This document shows positions 10,311-21,010 of a stretch of DNA of 64,000 bases, piece after piece. The notes beneath the pieces were generated by a model that was not told the DNA's origin, did no database searches, and saw nothing but the letters and a program-made list of their open reading frames with translations. Each line of letters opens with the position of its first letter. The stretch's first letter is position 1. Source of the DNA: a virus; the IMG/VR virus record IMGVR_UViG_3300050821_001858, positions 1-64,000 of that record. One strand, written 5' to 3'. A program made the position numbers and the translations under genes.

Positions 10311-10762
10311 ACTTAGAAGAACTTGGAAATAAATGGGAACAAGATGGAAGGTTAAATCGTACTCAGCCTGCTTATGAAGCTGAACGAACACCCCATCTTC
10401 ATTCCGAATACCTGAAACTCTTAATGAAGGCTAGAGAGGCTTTTTCTAGGAGTGATGTTGTTTACAAAAAGCTTTATTCGGAAAAGTGGTATTACTATTC
10501 TATGGGTCCTCGAAATGATGAAGATGCTAAGCTTCGTGCCAAGACATGGAAAAGCATGCCTGTTCGGGGACAGAAGTACATCAAGCAAGATTTGCCGATG
10601 ACGCTTGACGGAGACGAAGATATCATCAACGCCAAGTTGGTTCGGGACTTTGACCAGAATTTTGTACAGGCTCTTGAAGAGATTGTCAAGCAGATAAACA
10701 ACCGGGGTTTCTATATCACGGGAATGATCGAGTGGGCGAAATTCCAGGCTGGTGTGAAATGA
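10307..10762 (+). CDS. uvsY: Recombination mediator UvsY
   Basis: WEQD, P.LHSEYL, KWYYY, IVKQINNRGF..I.W.KF..G; precedes uvsW. Confidence 0.85.
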   Translation: MNLEELGNKWEQDGRLNRTQPAYEAERTPHLHSEYLKLLMKAREAFSRSDVVYKKLYSEKWYYYSMGPRNDEDAKLRAKTWKSMPVRGQKYIKQDLPMTLDGDEDIINAKLVRDFDQNFVQALEEIVKQINNRGFYITGMIEWAKFQAGVK

Positions 10763-10977
10763 GTGATATTACGTTTTTTAAGTTAAGAGAAAAAGATTGT
10801 GAGTTTTCATATTTAATTGATTTTTATATGATAAAACAGATTGCTTTTAGTATAGATTTACAACCATATTATAATTATGCAACTGATGCTTTTGATTTGT
10901 TTCCTCAATATATTTCCCCACATATAAATGGATTAATTTCTGCTCTTTGGTCGCATGGATATTTCGATAAAGAATAA
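10759..10977 (+). CDS. Hypothetical small protein
   Basis: Fills gap between uvsY and uvsW with overlapping starts/stops. Confidence 0.45.
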   Translation: MSDITFFKLREKDCEFSYLIDFYMIKQIAFSIDLQPYYNYATDAFDLFPQYISPHINGLISALWSHGYFDKE

Positions 10978-12487
10978 CAATGCCGTCTATAGTGTTGTTG
11001 AATGTGATGATGGTATAGCACAAGATTTGACAGATTATTTCACTTTCGAGGCACCGGGTGCCAGATATATCATAGCACGAGCCAAGAAATACGAAAGAGA
11101 AACCGGCAAAAAGAACAAGTTCTACAAGTGGGACGGTAAAATTCATCTCTTCTCTAAGAAGACTAATCGTATCTATGCTGGTCTAGACGAGCGAATTAGA
11201 CAGTTTGCTGAAGAACGAGATTTGTCATTCCAGGCTCCCCTCAAGACTAAGAACCCTTTCACCAAAGAAGAAGCACGTCGCTTTATTGAAAGCTTGGATA
11301 TTCCCGAGAAGTTCAAGGAGCGTTATTACCAAATCGACACTTTCATTGAAGCTGTACAGAATAGGCGAATGCTTATTCTGTCGCCTACGTCTAGCGGTAA
11401 GTCGATGATGATCTATTTCTTGACCCGTTGGTACCTTCAGGATGCAACCAAGCGTGTTTTGATCATTGTACCGTCGATTGGTCTGGTTAACCAGATGCAT
11501 ACCGACTTTGTAGACTATGGTTATGAAGAGAGCCTTGTCTATCGGATTATGGGGGGAATGCCTAAGGATGCCACCCCCCGAGTATATATTTCGACTTGGC
11601 AGTCGATCTACGACCTCCCTTCCGATTATTTCCTCCAATTCGGGACGGTTATCTGCGACGAGGTTCATGGAGCAGAAGCCAAGTCGATTAAGGGTATCAT
11701 GGAAAAGCTTACCGATTGTCATCACCGGTTTGGCTTTACTGGTACCCTGAAGGATACCTTGTGCCATCGATTAGTTCTGGAAGGGTTATTTGGCTCTGTC
11801 TATCAGGCAATCACCACCAAGGAACTAATCGAGCAGGGGTATGCATCTGATTTAAAAATAAAGTGCCTGTTATTAAAACACAGCGCCGAAAACGCCAAGA
11901 AGGTGTCTAGAGCCACCTACGCCGAAGAATTAAAGTACATCGTTGATAATAACCCTAGGAATGAATTCATAAAAAACTTGACATTGAGTTTAAAGGGGAA
12001 TATAATGGTATTATTCAGATTAGTTGAGGAACATGGAAGGGTCCTTTATAGTTTGATTAAGAACCAGACGAATCAACCAGTTTACTTTATATCGGGGGCA
12101 ACTCCGGGAGAAGAAAGGGAGCAAATTCGTAAGATCGTTAACAGCGAACAAAACGCTATATTGATTGGAAGTGTTGGATGTATTTCTACAGGTATTAACA
12201 TACCTAACATCCATAATATTGTATTTGCAAGTCCGTATAAAAGCCGAATTAGAGTGTTACAGTCCATAGGTAGAGGATTACGCCTTTCTGACCGTGATTT
12301 AACGGTCTATGACATAGCTGATGATTTGTCCTACAAACGCCACCAAAATTTTTCTTTATTGCATTTTGTCGAACGTGTCAAAATCTATAATGAGGAAAAA
12401 TTCGATTACAAAGTTTATAGGATCGATTTAAAAAATGCCGAATTATCTAGACAAGGAAAAATTCTTTCAGGAGGTAGTGAAGTTTAA
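10955..12487 (+). CDS. uvsW: DNA helicase UvsW
   Basis: WDGKIHLF, SPTSSGKS, STWQSI, DEVH, GFTGTL, QSIGRGLR. Confidence 0.96.
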   Translation: MDISIKNNNAVYSVVECDDGIAQDLTDYFTFEAPGARYIIARAKKYERETGKKNKFYKWDGKIHLFSKKTNRIYAGLDERIRQFAEERDLSFQAPLKTKNPFTKEEARRFIESLDIPEKFKERYYQIDTFIEAVQNRRMLILSPTSSGKSMMIYFLTRWYLQDATKRVLIIVPSIGLVNQMHTDFVDYGYEESLVYRIMGGMPKDATPRVYISTWQSIYDLPSDYFLQFGTVICDEVHGAEAKSIKGIMEKLTDCHHRFGFTGTLKDTLCHRLVLEGLFGSVYQAITTKELIEQGYASDLKIKCLLLKHSAENAKKVSRATYAEELKYIVDNNPRNEFIKNLTLSLKGNIMVLFRLVEEHGRVLYSLIKNQTNQPVYFISGATPGEEREQIRKIVNSEQNAILIGSVGCISTGINIPNIHNIVFASPYKSRIRVLQSIGRGLRLSDRDLTVYDIADDLSYKRHQNFSLLHFVERVKIYNEEKFDYKVYRIDLKNAELSRQGKILSGGSEV

Positions 12488-13070
12488 TGAAGCTAGGAAG
12501 CTAAACCCCGATGCTCAGATGAGCAACTATATTGGGGAATGTATTATGAGGATTTGTAATGGATTGGCTCAACGACCTAATTTTCATTCCTATACGTACA
12601 TAGGGGAAATGGTGGAGGATGCTATCGAAGACTGTATAGCTGCAATCAAAAACTTTGATCCAGCTAAGTCTAGCAATCCTTATGGTTATTGTACACAAGT
12701 AGCGTGGTTTGCTTTTGTTCAAAGAATTCATTTGGAGAAGAAACAACAATACTTGAAACATAAGAATTATCAAAATCAGTTCATTATAAATGACCTTATG
12801 AATTCCGAAACTCCGACGACCGAAAGGTTGAAGTGGGCTGAGACTTCGAACCAGATAATCACCGATTTTGAGCGCACGATGAAAAAATCCTTGACAAAAA
12901 CCAAAAACAAGAATAAGATCAAGGAGATAGAAGTGGAGACTACCGATGACAGACATGAAAAACAACCTGATGATCCCCGAGATCGTAAAAAACCACGGCG
13001 AGGTCCTGCAAAGGGAAGCAAGAAACCACGTGCAGCAAAACGAGCAGGAAAACCGGGCAAAAACGCTTGA
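12435..13070 (+). CDS. 55: Late-transcription sigma factor gp55
   Basis: NYLDKEKF, YIGECIM.I.NGLA.RPNF.SYTY..EM..DAIE, NFDP.KS.NPY.Y.TQ. Confidence 0.92.
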   Translation: MPNYLDKEKFFQEVVKFNEARKLNPDAQMSNYIGECIMRICNGLAQRPNFHSYTYIGEMVEDAIEDCIAAIKNFDPAKSSNPYGYCTQVAWFAFVQRIHLEKKQQYLKHKNYQNQFIINDLMNSETPTTERLKWAETSNQIITDFERTMKKSLTKTKNKNKIKEIEVETTDDRHEKQPDDPRDRKKPRRGPAKGSKKPRAAKRAGKPGKNA

Positions 13071-13149
13071 GCAGATTCGAGACTATTGTATCGATGTTTT
13101 GAACAAGTATTACGCTCGGACTAATTCCAAGCGTAAGAAGGTAGCTTAA
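12946..13149 (+). CDS. Hypothetical small protein following gp55
   Basis: IPEIV...RAKTLEQIRDYC pattern, internal promoter and RBS. Confidence 0.55.
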   Translation: MTDMKNNLMIPEIVKNHGEVLQREARNHVQQNEQENRAKTLEQIRDYCIDVLNKYYARTNSKRKKVA

Positions 13150-13391
13150 TGTTTGAAATAGGAGCAATAATGGAAATTGGAGATGGTGTTTGGGTAACTT
13201 TACCCGAGGGTACGACGTTAGTGTGTCCTAACCCTTATTGGAATGGAGACTGGCCAGAAACACAATTCAATTATCGAGTGAAGCTTAAGAAGGCAATGAG
13301 TGTACAATTAGGTGGTCATAAGGAATGGGTCCAGGCTGAAGTTCTGGAAGTCCTTCCTAAGGAAACTAAGCTAAAGAAGAGAGGAAAATGA
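13149..13391 (+). CDS. Hypothetical protein
   Basis: Coupled ORF. Confidence 0.5.
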   Translation: MFEIGAIMEIGDGVWVTLPEGTTLVCPNPYWNGDWPETQFNYRVKLKKAMSVQLGGHKEWVQAEVLEVLPKETKLKKRGK

Positions 13392-13392
13392 A

Positions 13393-13797
13393 ATGGCACA
13401 GATGATTAATGTATTTCATGATGTGAAAGCACGATACCAAACTGATGTTTTGGTTCGGGCGTTGACACATTATAAGGAAGAGCATGTTAAGGAATATAAG
13501 CTTGCTCTTGATGCCTATCGACTTGCAATTCGTAAGAAGATCAAGGAATTGAATAAGCAGTTCAAGAACAAGTTTACCAATATTCAAGACTTTAAGCTTG
13601 AGTGGAATCTTTTTGCTCCGGTCAATGTCGAAAGTGCATATGATAAGTTGATTGTCAACTTCAAGAATATGAATTCGGATGCTGTTGATTTGGATATGAC
13701 GCAAGCCAATTGTATTTTGAATAACGATTGGGATTGGGCTCATGCAGCTAAGACTTCGAATTCGTTTTATATGATGGAAGCGGGTTCGGCACGATGA
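13393..13797 (+). CDS. Hypothetical protein
   Basis: ORF with RBS. Confidence 0.6.
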   Translation: MAQMINVFHDVKARYQTDVLVRALTHYKEEHVKEYKLALDAYRLAIRKKIKELNKQFKNKFTNIQDFKLEWNLFAPVNVESAYDKLIVNFKNMNSDAVDLDMTQANCILNNDWDWAHAAKTSNSFYMMEAGSAR

Positions 13798-13887
13798 CAG
13801 CATTTTTCACCTTGATTGGATTGGTAGTATTCTTTTTGTTACTACCATGTAAGTATGATCCAGCAATCCGGTTAAAGGAATGGACAA

Positions 13888-14919
13888 GTGGGAAGAATCG
13901 CTCTAATAACTGACAGTCACTTTGGTAACCGGGGAGACGATCCTCGCTTACTTGAAAACCTTAGACGCTTTAGTGAAGAATTGTTTTTTCCTACTCTGGA
14001 ACGAGAAGGCATCAAAACAGTTATTCATTTAGGGGATATGTTTGATCGTCGTAAATACTTAAATACTCAGGTTGCTAAGGTTGCGAGGGAATGTTTTATC
14101 GATCCTGTTCGTAAAGGTTATGATTTTCATTGGATAATTGGTAATCATGACACTTTTTATCACGATAGTAACGATACTAACGCTGCCCGCGAGTTTTACC
14201 CTTATCTTAACTATTATGAAGATGCTACTGACGTAGTTATTGAGGGATTACCAATTTTATTTGTTCCTTGGATTACACATGAGAACAAAGAGAGAACGCA
14301 TCAAGCTATACGTGAGACTAAAGCAAAGTTTGTTATGGGGCATTTGGAGTTACGAAACTTTGAAATGCATGCAAAAGGACAGGTAAACGAAAATGGCGAC
14401 GATCCTGAACGTTACTACAAGTTTGAACGTGTTTTCACCGGGCATTTTCATCACAAATCTAACAATGATAATATATATTACTTGGGAGCTAGCGCGGAAT
14501 ATACTTGGAATGATTATGACGATCCAAGGGGATTTCATCTATTTGACACCGATACTAAAGAATTGGAGTTTATTCAAAACCCGTATCACATGTTTAGTCG
14601 TATTTATTACTATTCGGGAATGGATGTCCCGAATGTTTCGGATAAGTACGTTCAGCTTTACGTCAAAGTCGGTTACTCCCCGAAGGAACTAGAATTATTT
14701 ATAAGTAACTTACATAATCAGAAGCCGATTAATGTTGAGATTGCTTATGAGACTGATGGTTATATTGCTGATATAGAACTGGCTAATATTGATGGAAAGA
14801 ACGCCCTTGATTTGCTTTTATTTGAGATCGAGGATACAGAACTTCCAATTAACAAAGAAAAGACAATAGAAATCGCAACAGATTTATATAAAAGGGCATA
14901 TGAGATTACTGTTTCATAA
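13888..14919 (+). CDS. 47: Recombination nuclease gp47 (Mre11/SbcD-like)
   Basis: ITDSHFG, HLGDMFDRRK, GNHD, GHLEL, GHFH, DDPRGFH. Confidence 0.95.
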   Translation: MGRIALITDSHFGNRGDDPRLLENLRRFSEELFFPTLEREGIKTVIHLGDMFDRRKYLNTQVAKVARECFIDPVRKGYDFHWIIGNHDTFYHDSNDTNAAREFYPYLNYYEDATDVVIEGLPILFVPWITHENKERTHQAIRETKAKFVMGHLELRNFEMHAKGQVNENGDDPERYYKFERVFTGHFHHKSNNDNIYYLGASAEYTWNDYDDPRGFHLFDTDTKELEFIQNPYHMFSRIYYYSGMDVPNVSDKYVQLYVKVGYSPKELELFISNLHNQKPINVEIAYETDGYIADIELANIDGKNALDLLLFEIEDTELPINKEKTIEIATDLYKRAYEITVS

Positions 14920-16648
14920 AATGGAGATGTCAAATTTTATGTCGTTTGGGGCAGTACCTCAACCGATTATTCTTGATAGTTATCCTTTAACTATGGTATC
15001 GGGACCAAATGGTGTTGGAAAAACATCAGCGTTTCTTGATGGTATTTGTTATGCTTTGTATGGTAAGAATTTTCGTCAGGTTAATGTTGACAATCTTACC
15101 AATATTCATAATAATGCAGGTCAGGTTGTGAAGTTGTGGTTTTCGATTAATGGGGTGGAGTATATTGTTGAACGTAGTGACAAGGGTTTAAAGTTATGGA
15201 AAGAAGGCGAGCCTATTCGATTGGACGTTGGTAAGCTTGAAGCCCAAGCTATGTTTCAGTCAATTATTCAAATTGATAAAGCAACATTTATCCAAATGGT
15301 GCTTATGGGCGTTAAATTTACTTCCTTTATGGATATGAAAGCTGACGCTCGCCGTAAGATTGTTGAAGAGTTATTAGACCTTACTGTTTTCACTGTAATG
15401 AATGAAGATTTGAATGAACAAATTAAAGTTAATAAAGCTTCAATTGATGTTGTTGGACATGAGATTGATAAGATCAATGATCGTATTCGTTTGATGGATA
15501 ACTTTTATAATAGTACAAAGACCGATGCTGATAAAGAACGAGATCGTAAAGAAGAACAAATCGATAATTGGAATGACGAACTCGTTATTCAGTTGGGAAA
15601 AAAAGAAGATTTGTTCAAAAAATATGATGAACTTCGGTTGTCTTTATTTGTCAAAGTTGAAGGTAAAAAGCGCGCCCAGAGCAAGGTAGATATTGTTCAA
15701 GGTAAAATTCAAGATGCTCGTTCGATCCTATATAAGTTTGAGCATGTGGTGAATGTTGTCAATAACGAGAATGAGTTTCTGAATGACAATACTGTTTGCC
15801 CGACTTGTACTCAGCCTATTGATGAAGGATTTCGAGCGACGAAGATTGAAACCAATGATGTTCGTAAGCAAGAGCAAATTGATAGAATTGAAAGTCTTAA
15901 GAACCTTATTGAAAAGTTTAGTGTCGAATTGATTGAATATGAGAATATTAGTGATCAAGTTGATGAGATAGCTGATCAAATTAGAAAGGTAGGTAATGAT
16001 ATTTCTCTTATTAATGAGAATATTAAGAATGCTCGGCTTGATATTGAAGCGATGAAACAGAAAAAAAGTATTACTGATCGCTCGGAATATAATGCTTTAA
16101 TTAAGTTGCGTAATGATACTGAAGAAAAGCTGACGGATGAGAAAGATACGAAACGTTCCCTTGAATTTCTCAAGGTTATGCTTAAGGATACTGGTATTAA
16201 GACACAGATTATTAAGTCTTATCTTCCAAGATTGAATGGTTATATCAGTGATTACCTTGAAAACGTAATGCAGGTAAGTCTTCAGTATGAGTTGGATGAA
16301 AATTTCAATGGTAAGGCTACGTTGCCAAACCGAGAAAACTTTGAGTTTAATTCATTCTCGGAAGGTGAAAAAGCCCGTATCTCTCTTGCTATCATGTTTG
16401 CTTGGCGAAAGATTGCCAAGGATCGAGGGGCAATTGATACCAATCTTTTGATTATGGATGAAATCCTTGATGGAAGTTTGGATGATCAGGGTATTGATGC
16501 TGTGTTACAAATTCTTAATGCAGTGAATAAAGATGAGAACTATATCGTGATTTCGCCGCGTCAGCGTGAGTTTGCGAACGTCAATATTCGGGAGTTGCGT
16601 TTCAGTAAACCTAACGCTTTCACGGAAATTGACGAAATTCTCCCGTAA
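14900..16648 (+). CDS. 46: Recombination ATPase gp46 (Rad50/SbcC-like)
   Basis: GPNGVGKT, CPTC hook, FSEGEKARI, LIMDEILDGSLD. Confidence 0.95.
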   Translation: MRLLFHKMEMSNFMSFGAVPQPIILDSYPLTMVSGPNGVGKTSAFLDGICYALYGKNFRQVNVDNLTNIHNNAGQVVKLWFSINGVEYIVERSDKGLKLWKEGEPIRLDVGKLEAQAMFQSIIQIDKATFIQMVLMGVKFTSFMDMKADARRKIVEELLDLTVFTVMNEDLNEQIKVNKASIDVVGHEIDKINDRIRLMDNFYNSTKTDADKERDRKEEQIDNWNDELVIQLGKKEDLFKKYDELRLSLFVKVEGKKRAQSKVDIVQGKIQDARSILYKFEHVVNVVNNENEFLNDNTVCPTCTQPIDEGFRATKIETNDVRKQEQIDRIESLKNLIEKFSVELIEYENISDQVDEIADQIRKVGNDISLINENIKNARLDIEAMKQKKSITDRSEYNALIKLRNDTEEKLTDEKDTKRSLEFLKVMLKDTGIKTQIIKSYLPRLNGYISDYLENVMQVSLQYELDENFNGKATLPNRENFEFNSFSEGEKARISLAIMFAWRKIAKDRGAIDTNLLIMDEILDGSLDDQGIDAVLQILNAVNKDENYIVISPRQREFANVNIRELRFSKPNAFTEIDEILP

Positions 16649-16681
16649 CCCCTTGACAACATTCAGATTTTGGTGTAAGGT

Positions 16682-17095
16682 ATGCGTTGTGTAATTGCAG
16701 GAAGTCGTTCAATCACGAGCTATGATGCAGTCTGTGAAGCGATTAAGGAATCGCGATACGATATTACCGTGGTAGTCTCCGGTGGAGCGAGGGGTGTCGA
16801 TCTCTTGGGGGAGCGGTGGGCTAAGGAGCGCGGCATTCCTATCGAGACGCATAACGCCATATGGCGTCGAGAGGATGGAAGTTATAATCCGGGAGCCGGT
16901 TTGATACGCAATACTGAGATGGCGCGAGTAGCCGATGCCGGAATTATTGTTTGGGATGGTCATAGTAATGGTTCTCGTGATATGTCGGAGAAGTTGATTA
17001 AGGCTCGTAAACCTTGTTTTATTTATATGTATACAGCAGAAGAGCCTGAAAGTCAAGAAGAAAAGCTTTGGGATATGATATATGAAGAAAATTGA
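16682..17095 (+). CDS. SLOG-superfamily (YspA/DUF2493-like) protein
   Basis: IAGSRSI, VVSGGARGVD, AG.IRN.EMA, WDG.S.GS. Confidence 0.85.
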   Translation: MRCVIAGSRSITSYDAVCEAIKESRYDITVVVSGGARGVDLLGERWAKERGIPIETHNAIWRREDGSYNPGAGLIRNTEMARVADAGIIVWDGHSNGSRDMSEKLIKARKPCFIYMYTAEEPESQEEKLWDMIYEEN

Positions 17096-17402
17096 AAGAA
17101 CTGATAGTACGACAATTGTGTTTGAATATCTTTTTCATGTTATCAAAGATGAAAAAGAAGCTGATAATGTTTTGAAGGACGTTACTAGTGAGCGGTTTTT
17201 TGAATTTCAACGGTTTGTAGATGAGAAAACATTTGCTCCTTGGGTAGCATTCGGTATTCCAAACAATAAGCGAACGACGATAAATGAGTTATTGAAGTAT
17301 TGTTGTCCTATTGAAATGTTAGCGAAATATCCAAAGTTAGGGTATGTAAAAGTACCTACAGCAGCGGATAAGTTTTTTGGAATGGTGAAAAATGAAGTAT
17401 GA
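17082..17402 (+). CDS. Hypothetical protein
   Basis: Coupled ORF. Confidence 0.5.
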   Translation: MKKIERTDSTTIVFEYLFHVIKDEKEADNVLKDVTSERFFEFQRFVDEKTFAPWVAFGIPNNKRTTINELLKYCCPIEMLAKYPKLGYVKVPTAADKFFGMVKNEV

Positions 17403-17919
17403 TATAGTCAAAGGGGATTTGGAAGCATTGACGCAGCCGTGTGCGCCATTTGATTTTTCTAATCCCCCTTATAACCCTCAGGAACTAGCTGAAAGTCTAG
17501 TTGAAACTATGTACGCCAACAATGGAATTGGATTGGCAGCGATACAATGTGGAATTCCCCTAAAAGTCTTTGCAATGCGTGGGAATGAACACAACTTCGT
17601 TTGTTTTAATCCACGGGTCGTGATGCCTTCTACAGAAACCATCAAACTTGAGGAAGCGTGTTTATCATGGCCCGGTCTAAATTTTAATATAAATCGACCT
17701 CAACATGTAAGGGTGAGGTTTGCTGGTCCGAATGGAGAAGTAAGTACTCATACCTTTATTGGACTTACTGCAAGAGTGTTTCAACATGAAATGACTCATG
17801 TCAATAGTACAGTTTTTTGGGAAGGTTTGAAGCGATATAAGATTGAGAAAGCCATTAATAAAGCAAAGAAACGTGGCTTTGATTATGAAGGAAAGGGACT
17901 GCTTCGTTATGCTGACTAA
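17392..17919 (+). CDS. def: Peptide deformylase
   Basis: GIGLAAIQCG, EACLSWPG, QHEMTH. Confidence 0.92.
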   Translation: MKYDIVKGDLEALTQPCAPFDFSNPPYNPQELAESLVETMYANNGIGLAAIQCGIPLKVFAMRGNEHNFVCFNPRVVMPSTETIKLEEACLSWPGLNFNINRPQHVRVRFAGPNGEVSTHTFIGLTARVFQHEMTHVNSTVFWEGLKRYKIEKAINKAKKRGFDYEGKGLLRYAD

Positions 17920-18346
17920 TTTTGAAAAGGTTAAAGAGTTTCATCAACGGTTTAATGTTCCAATTCGGGAGACACCTAGTTTTCCATCAGTGGAAATTAT
18001 GTCTGATCGATCAAGAAAGATCGAAGAAGAACTTGATGAATTTCGAGAAGAGATGGCAAAGATTATCTTTGAAGGAATTCCTGAGGATGAAGAAGAACAA
18101 CGAAAGCTTTTGGCTTTCATAATTGGGGAAGCTATTGACGTTATCTATACGTTTTATGGCTTAGGGGTTTCGTGTGGTGTGAATATGGATGATGTTTTTG
18201 CGGCTATCCATCGTGCAAATATGACAAAGACACTGGAAGGCGACAAAATCAAAAAGGGAGCCAAATTCACACCAGCGAATATTCAAAGAGTTATTTTTGA
18301 TAAAATAGTTCAATCAAAAAGTCCATGGGCTAAGGAAGTAGTATGA
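17909..18346 (+). CDS. MazG-like / all-alpha NTP pyrophosphohydrolase
   Basis: VKEFHQRF, EELDEF, EAIDVIY, IHRANMTK. Confidence 0.8.
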   Translation: MLTNFEKVKEFHQRFNVPIRETPSFPSVEIMSDRSRKIEEELDEFREEMAKIIFEGIPEDEEEQRKLLAFIIGEAIDVIYTFYGLGVSCGVNMDDVFAAIHRANMTKTLEGDKIKKGAKFTPANIQRVIFDKIVQSKSPWAKEVV

Positions 18347-18750
18347 ATAAGAAAATTCTAGTGCTAGATTTTGATGGTGTTATTCATTCTTATTCGTCAG
18401 GATGGAAGGGTATTGATGTAATTCCTGATCTACCTGTGGATGGTGCTATTGGTTTTATTGTAAGAGCAGTTGAACATTTTGATGTACAGATTTTTTCTTC
18501 TCGTTCATCTGAATATAAAGGGCGGGACGCTATGAAGAATTATCTAGTTACTCATCTTTATAATTATTTCGATGGTGAAATGTTATCAGTTAATGATGTA
18601 ATGAGTAAGATTTGGTTTCCAGTAGAAAAGCCGCCGGCATTTGTTTCTATTGATGATAGAGCAATACAATTCGAGGGGGTTTTTCCTTCGATAGAGGATT
18701 TGAAGATGTTTAAACCATGGTATCAACGTGAAGGAGTATTTGCAATATGA
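18343..18750 (+). CDS. HAD-superfamily phosphatase
   Basis: LDFDGVIH, KP, IDDRA. Confidence 0.8.
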   Translation: MNKKILVLDFDGVIHSYSSGWKGIDVIPDLPVDGAIGFIVRAVEHFDVQIFSSRSSEYKGRDAMKNYLVTHLYNYFDGEMLSVNDVMSKIWFPVEKPPAFVSIDDRAIQFEGVFPSIEDLKMFKPWYQREGVFAI

Positions 18751-19313
18751 GTGACGAGTTTAAGTGGCAACGACATTTTTTAAAGATGGCTGAGCATGTG
18801 GCACAGCAATCAAAAGACCCATCAACCAAGGTAGGAGCGGTGATCGTTCATCCTGAAACAAAGCATGTGCTTTCGACCGGGTATAATGGTTTCCCTCAAG
18901 GCGTAAAAGACCTTCCAGAACGTTATAATGAACGTGCTCTAAAGTATGAATTGGTTGCTCACGCCGAAGTTAATGCGATTGTTCGGGCAGGACGACATGG
19001 TATATCAGTCGATGGTTGTCATCTTTATGTAGTGCCAACTCTTATGGTACCGTCTTGTTGTAATAACTGCGCCAAGTATGTTGTCCAGGCTGGTATTAAG
19101 AAGCTTTGGTATTGGGAACCTTTAAAGGTTGAAGATCGTTGGGAACAACTTGCCAAATTTACTCGTATTCTTTTTGATGAAGGTGGTGTTGAATATCAGG
19201 CAGTCCCGCGTGAAGTTTCTATTCCTGAGGTTCTGTCCAACCGTCAACAGGAATATACCAGAACAATCACTATTGATGAACGTGCTCACGGGCATGAAAA
19301 TGGACACCACTAA
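18747..19313 (+). CDS. cd: dCMP deaminase
   Basis: SKDPSTKVGAVIV, TGYNGFP, HAEVNAI, CNNC. Confidence 0.92.
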   Translation: MSDEFKWQRHFLKMAEHVAQQSKDPSTKVGAVIVHPETKHVLSTGYNGFPQGVKDLPERYNERALKYELVAHAEVNAIVRAGRHGISVDGCHLYVVPTLMVPSCCNNCAKYVVQAGIKKLWYWEPLKVEDRWEQLAKFTRILFDEGGVEYQAVPREVSIPEVLSNRQQEYTRTITIDERAHGHENGHH

Positions 19314-19915
19314 TGAGACAGAAATATACTGAATATACGGGTAAACTGCCCACTGATAAAGAGTTGCGTAAGAAGATGCCGATTGGTACGGGTGTTTTGG
19401 ATTATTTTCCAGATGCCTTGGCAGCGGTTGCTTATGTGTCTTATGTAGGTAATCAGCAACATAATCCGGGGGAACCTTTACATTGGGCACGGGGAAAGAG
19501 TACTGATCAAGAGGATTGTGTTGTACGACATTTCATGGAAAGGGAAACCTTTGATGATGATAAGTGCCGTCACTCGGCTAAGTTGGTATGGCGTGCTCTT
19601 GCAAATCTTCAATTAGAAATTGAAGAAGCACGTGCCAAAGGTCAACCGGGTATTTGTGCGGAGGATGCTTCTTATAAAGAAGCAGAGAAGGGTGTTACAG
19701 GAGCTAGAGGTAATGAGTTTGCTCACCTTCCTCCGGGTTATCCATCATCTTTTACTGCCCCCCAAAGAGAAATTACATTAGCCGATATTGGTCATAATAC
19801 ACCACAACAAGCTGTTCCGATAAATCGTCCTGAAATGTCCGAAGAAGATAAGAAGTTTGTAAAAGCCGTTTCTTCACATTATACTCCAACTGATAAATCA
19901 ATCCATAGTATATAA
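19313..19915 (+). CDS. dATP/dGTP diphosphohydrolase-domain (DUF5664-like) protein
   Basis: YFPDALAAVA.VS..GN..HNPGEPLHW..GKS....D...RH, WRAL..LQ. Confidence 0.7.
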   Translation: MRQKYTEYTGKLPTDKELRKKMPIGTGVLDYFPDALAAVAYVSYVGNQQHNPGEPLHWARGKSTDQEDCVVRHFMERETFDDDKCRHSAKLVWRALANLQLEIEEARAKGQPGICAEDASYKEAEKGVTGARGNEFAHLPPGYPSSFTAPQREITLADIGHNTPQQAVPINRPEMSEEDKKFVKAVSSHYTPTDKSIHSI

Positions 19916-19928
19916 AAAGGGAAATATA

Positions 19929-20813
19929 ATGCCTGAACTTCAAGTAAAAGTAGAAGACCTACAAAAGAATAGAATTTTTCTAGCGACACCATGTTATGGC
20001 GGCATGTGTGGAGGAATGTTTGCGAGATCGGTAGCTGACTTGTCGGCTCTCTGTACTCACTATCGTATTCCTTTACAGATTTACTTCCTGTTTAACGAAA
20101 GCTTGATTACTCGTGCTCGAAACTATGCGTGTGATGAATTCATGCGTTCGGGGGCAAGTCATCTTCTTTTCATTGACGCTGACATTGGTTTCTCGGCACA
20201 GGATGTGCTTGGAATGTTGGCTCTTCAACGTGATGAAAGTCCTTTTGATATTATCGGGGCACCTTATCCGAAGAAGACCATTTCATGGGAAAAGATCGTG
20301 GTTGCAGTAAACAAGGGAATGGCAGACGAAAATCCCAACAATCTTGAAAAGTATGTTGGAGATTATGTTTTCAATCCGAAAGCTAATACTACTTCAATTC
20401 CGTTGAATGAACCGGTTGAGGTTTTGGAAATTGGGACTGGTTTTATGATGGTTAAGCGTCAATCGATGCAGCATTTTTATGATAACTATCCTCAGTATCT
20501 TTATAAGCCTGATCATGTTAGGACTGAGCATTTTGATGGCTCGCGTGAAATCCTACAGTTTTTCCAGGCAGAAATTGATCCAGTATCGAAGCGATATTTG
20601 TCAGAAGATTATTGGTTCTGTCAGAAAGCCCAGGCTATCAATTTGAAGACTTGGTTCTGCCCGTGGGTCAAATTGACACATACTGGTACGTATGTATTTG
20701 GAGGAAGTCTTCAGGATTTGGCTTCTATTCAGGTTCATGCGACCGCTGATGGTGATCTTTTGAAGAAGGCTAGAGAAAACCAGAAGAAATCTGAAGAAGC
20801 AAAGGTTGCTTAA
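19929..20813 (+). CDS. Glycosyltransferase-like conserved phage protein
   Basis: ATPCYGG, ESLITRARN, LFIDADI, GTGFMM, YLSEDYWFC. Confidence 0.7.
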   Translation: MPELQVKVEDLQKNRIFLATPCYGGMCGGMFARSVADLSALCTHYRIPLQIYFLFNESLITRARNYACDEFMRSGASHLLFIDADIGFSAQDVLGMLALQRDESPFDIIGAPYPKKTISWEKIVVAVNKGMADENPNNLEKYVGDYVFNPKANTTSIPLNEPVEVLEIGTGFMMVKRQSMQHFYDNYPQYLYKPDHVRTEHFDGSREILQFFQAEIDPVSKRYLSEDYWFCQKAQAINLKTWFCPWVKLTHTGTYVFGGSLQDLASIQVHATADGDLLKKARENQKKSEEAKVA

Positions 20814-21010
20814 TGATTAAGGATGAACTTCGAAATATAGCTCAGTTTTTATCAGGACTGGCGAATGATTTAGAGATTGATGCCTCTACCATTCAAGAGT
20901 TTGATAGACCTTATATCAAGCGAAAAGCTGCTAAGGTTCGAAGTAAGGCAGCAAATATTATGGATATTGTGAAAAGGCTGGACAATGAAACTATCAAGCT
21001 TAACTATTGA
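20813..21010 (+). CDS. Hypothetical protein
   Basis: Coupled ORF. Confidence 0.45.
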   Translation: MIKDELRNIAQFLSGLANDLEIDASTIQEFDRPYIKRKAAKVRSKAANIMDIVKRLDNETIKLNY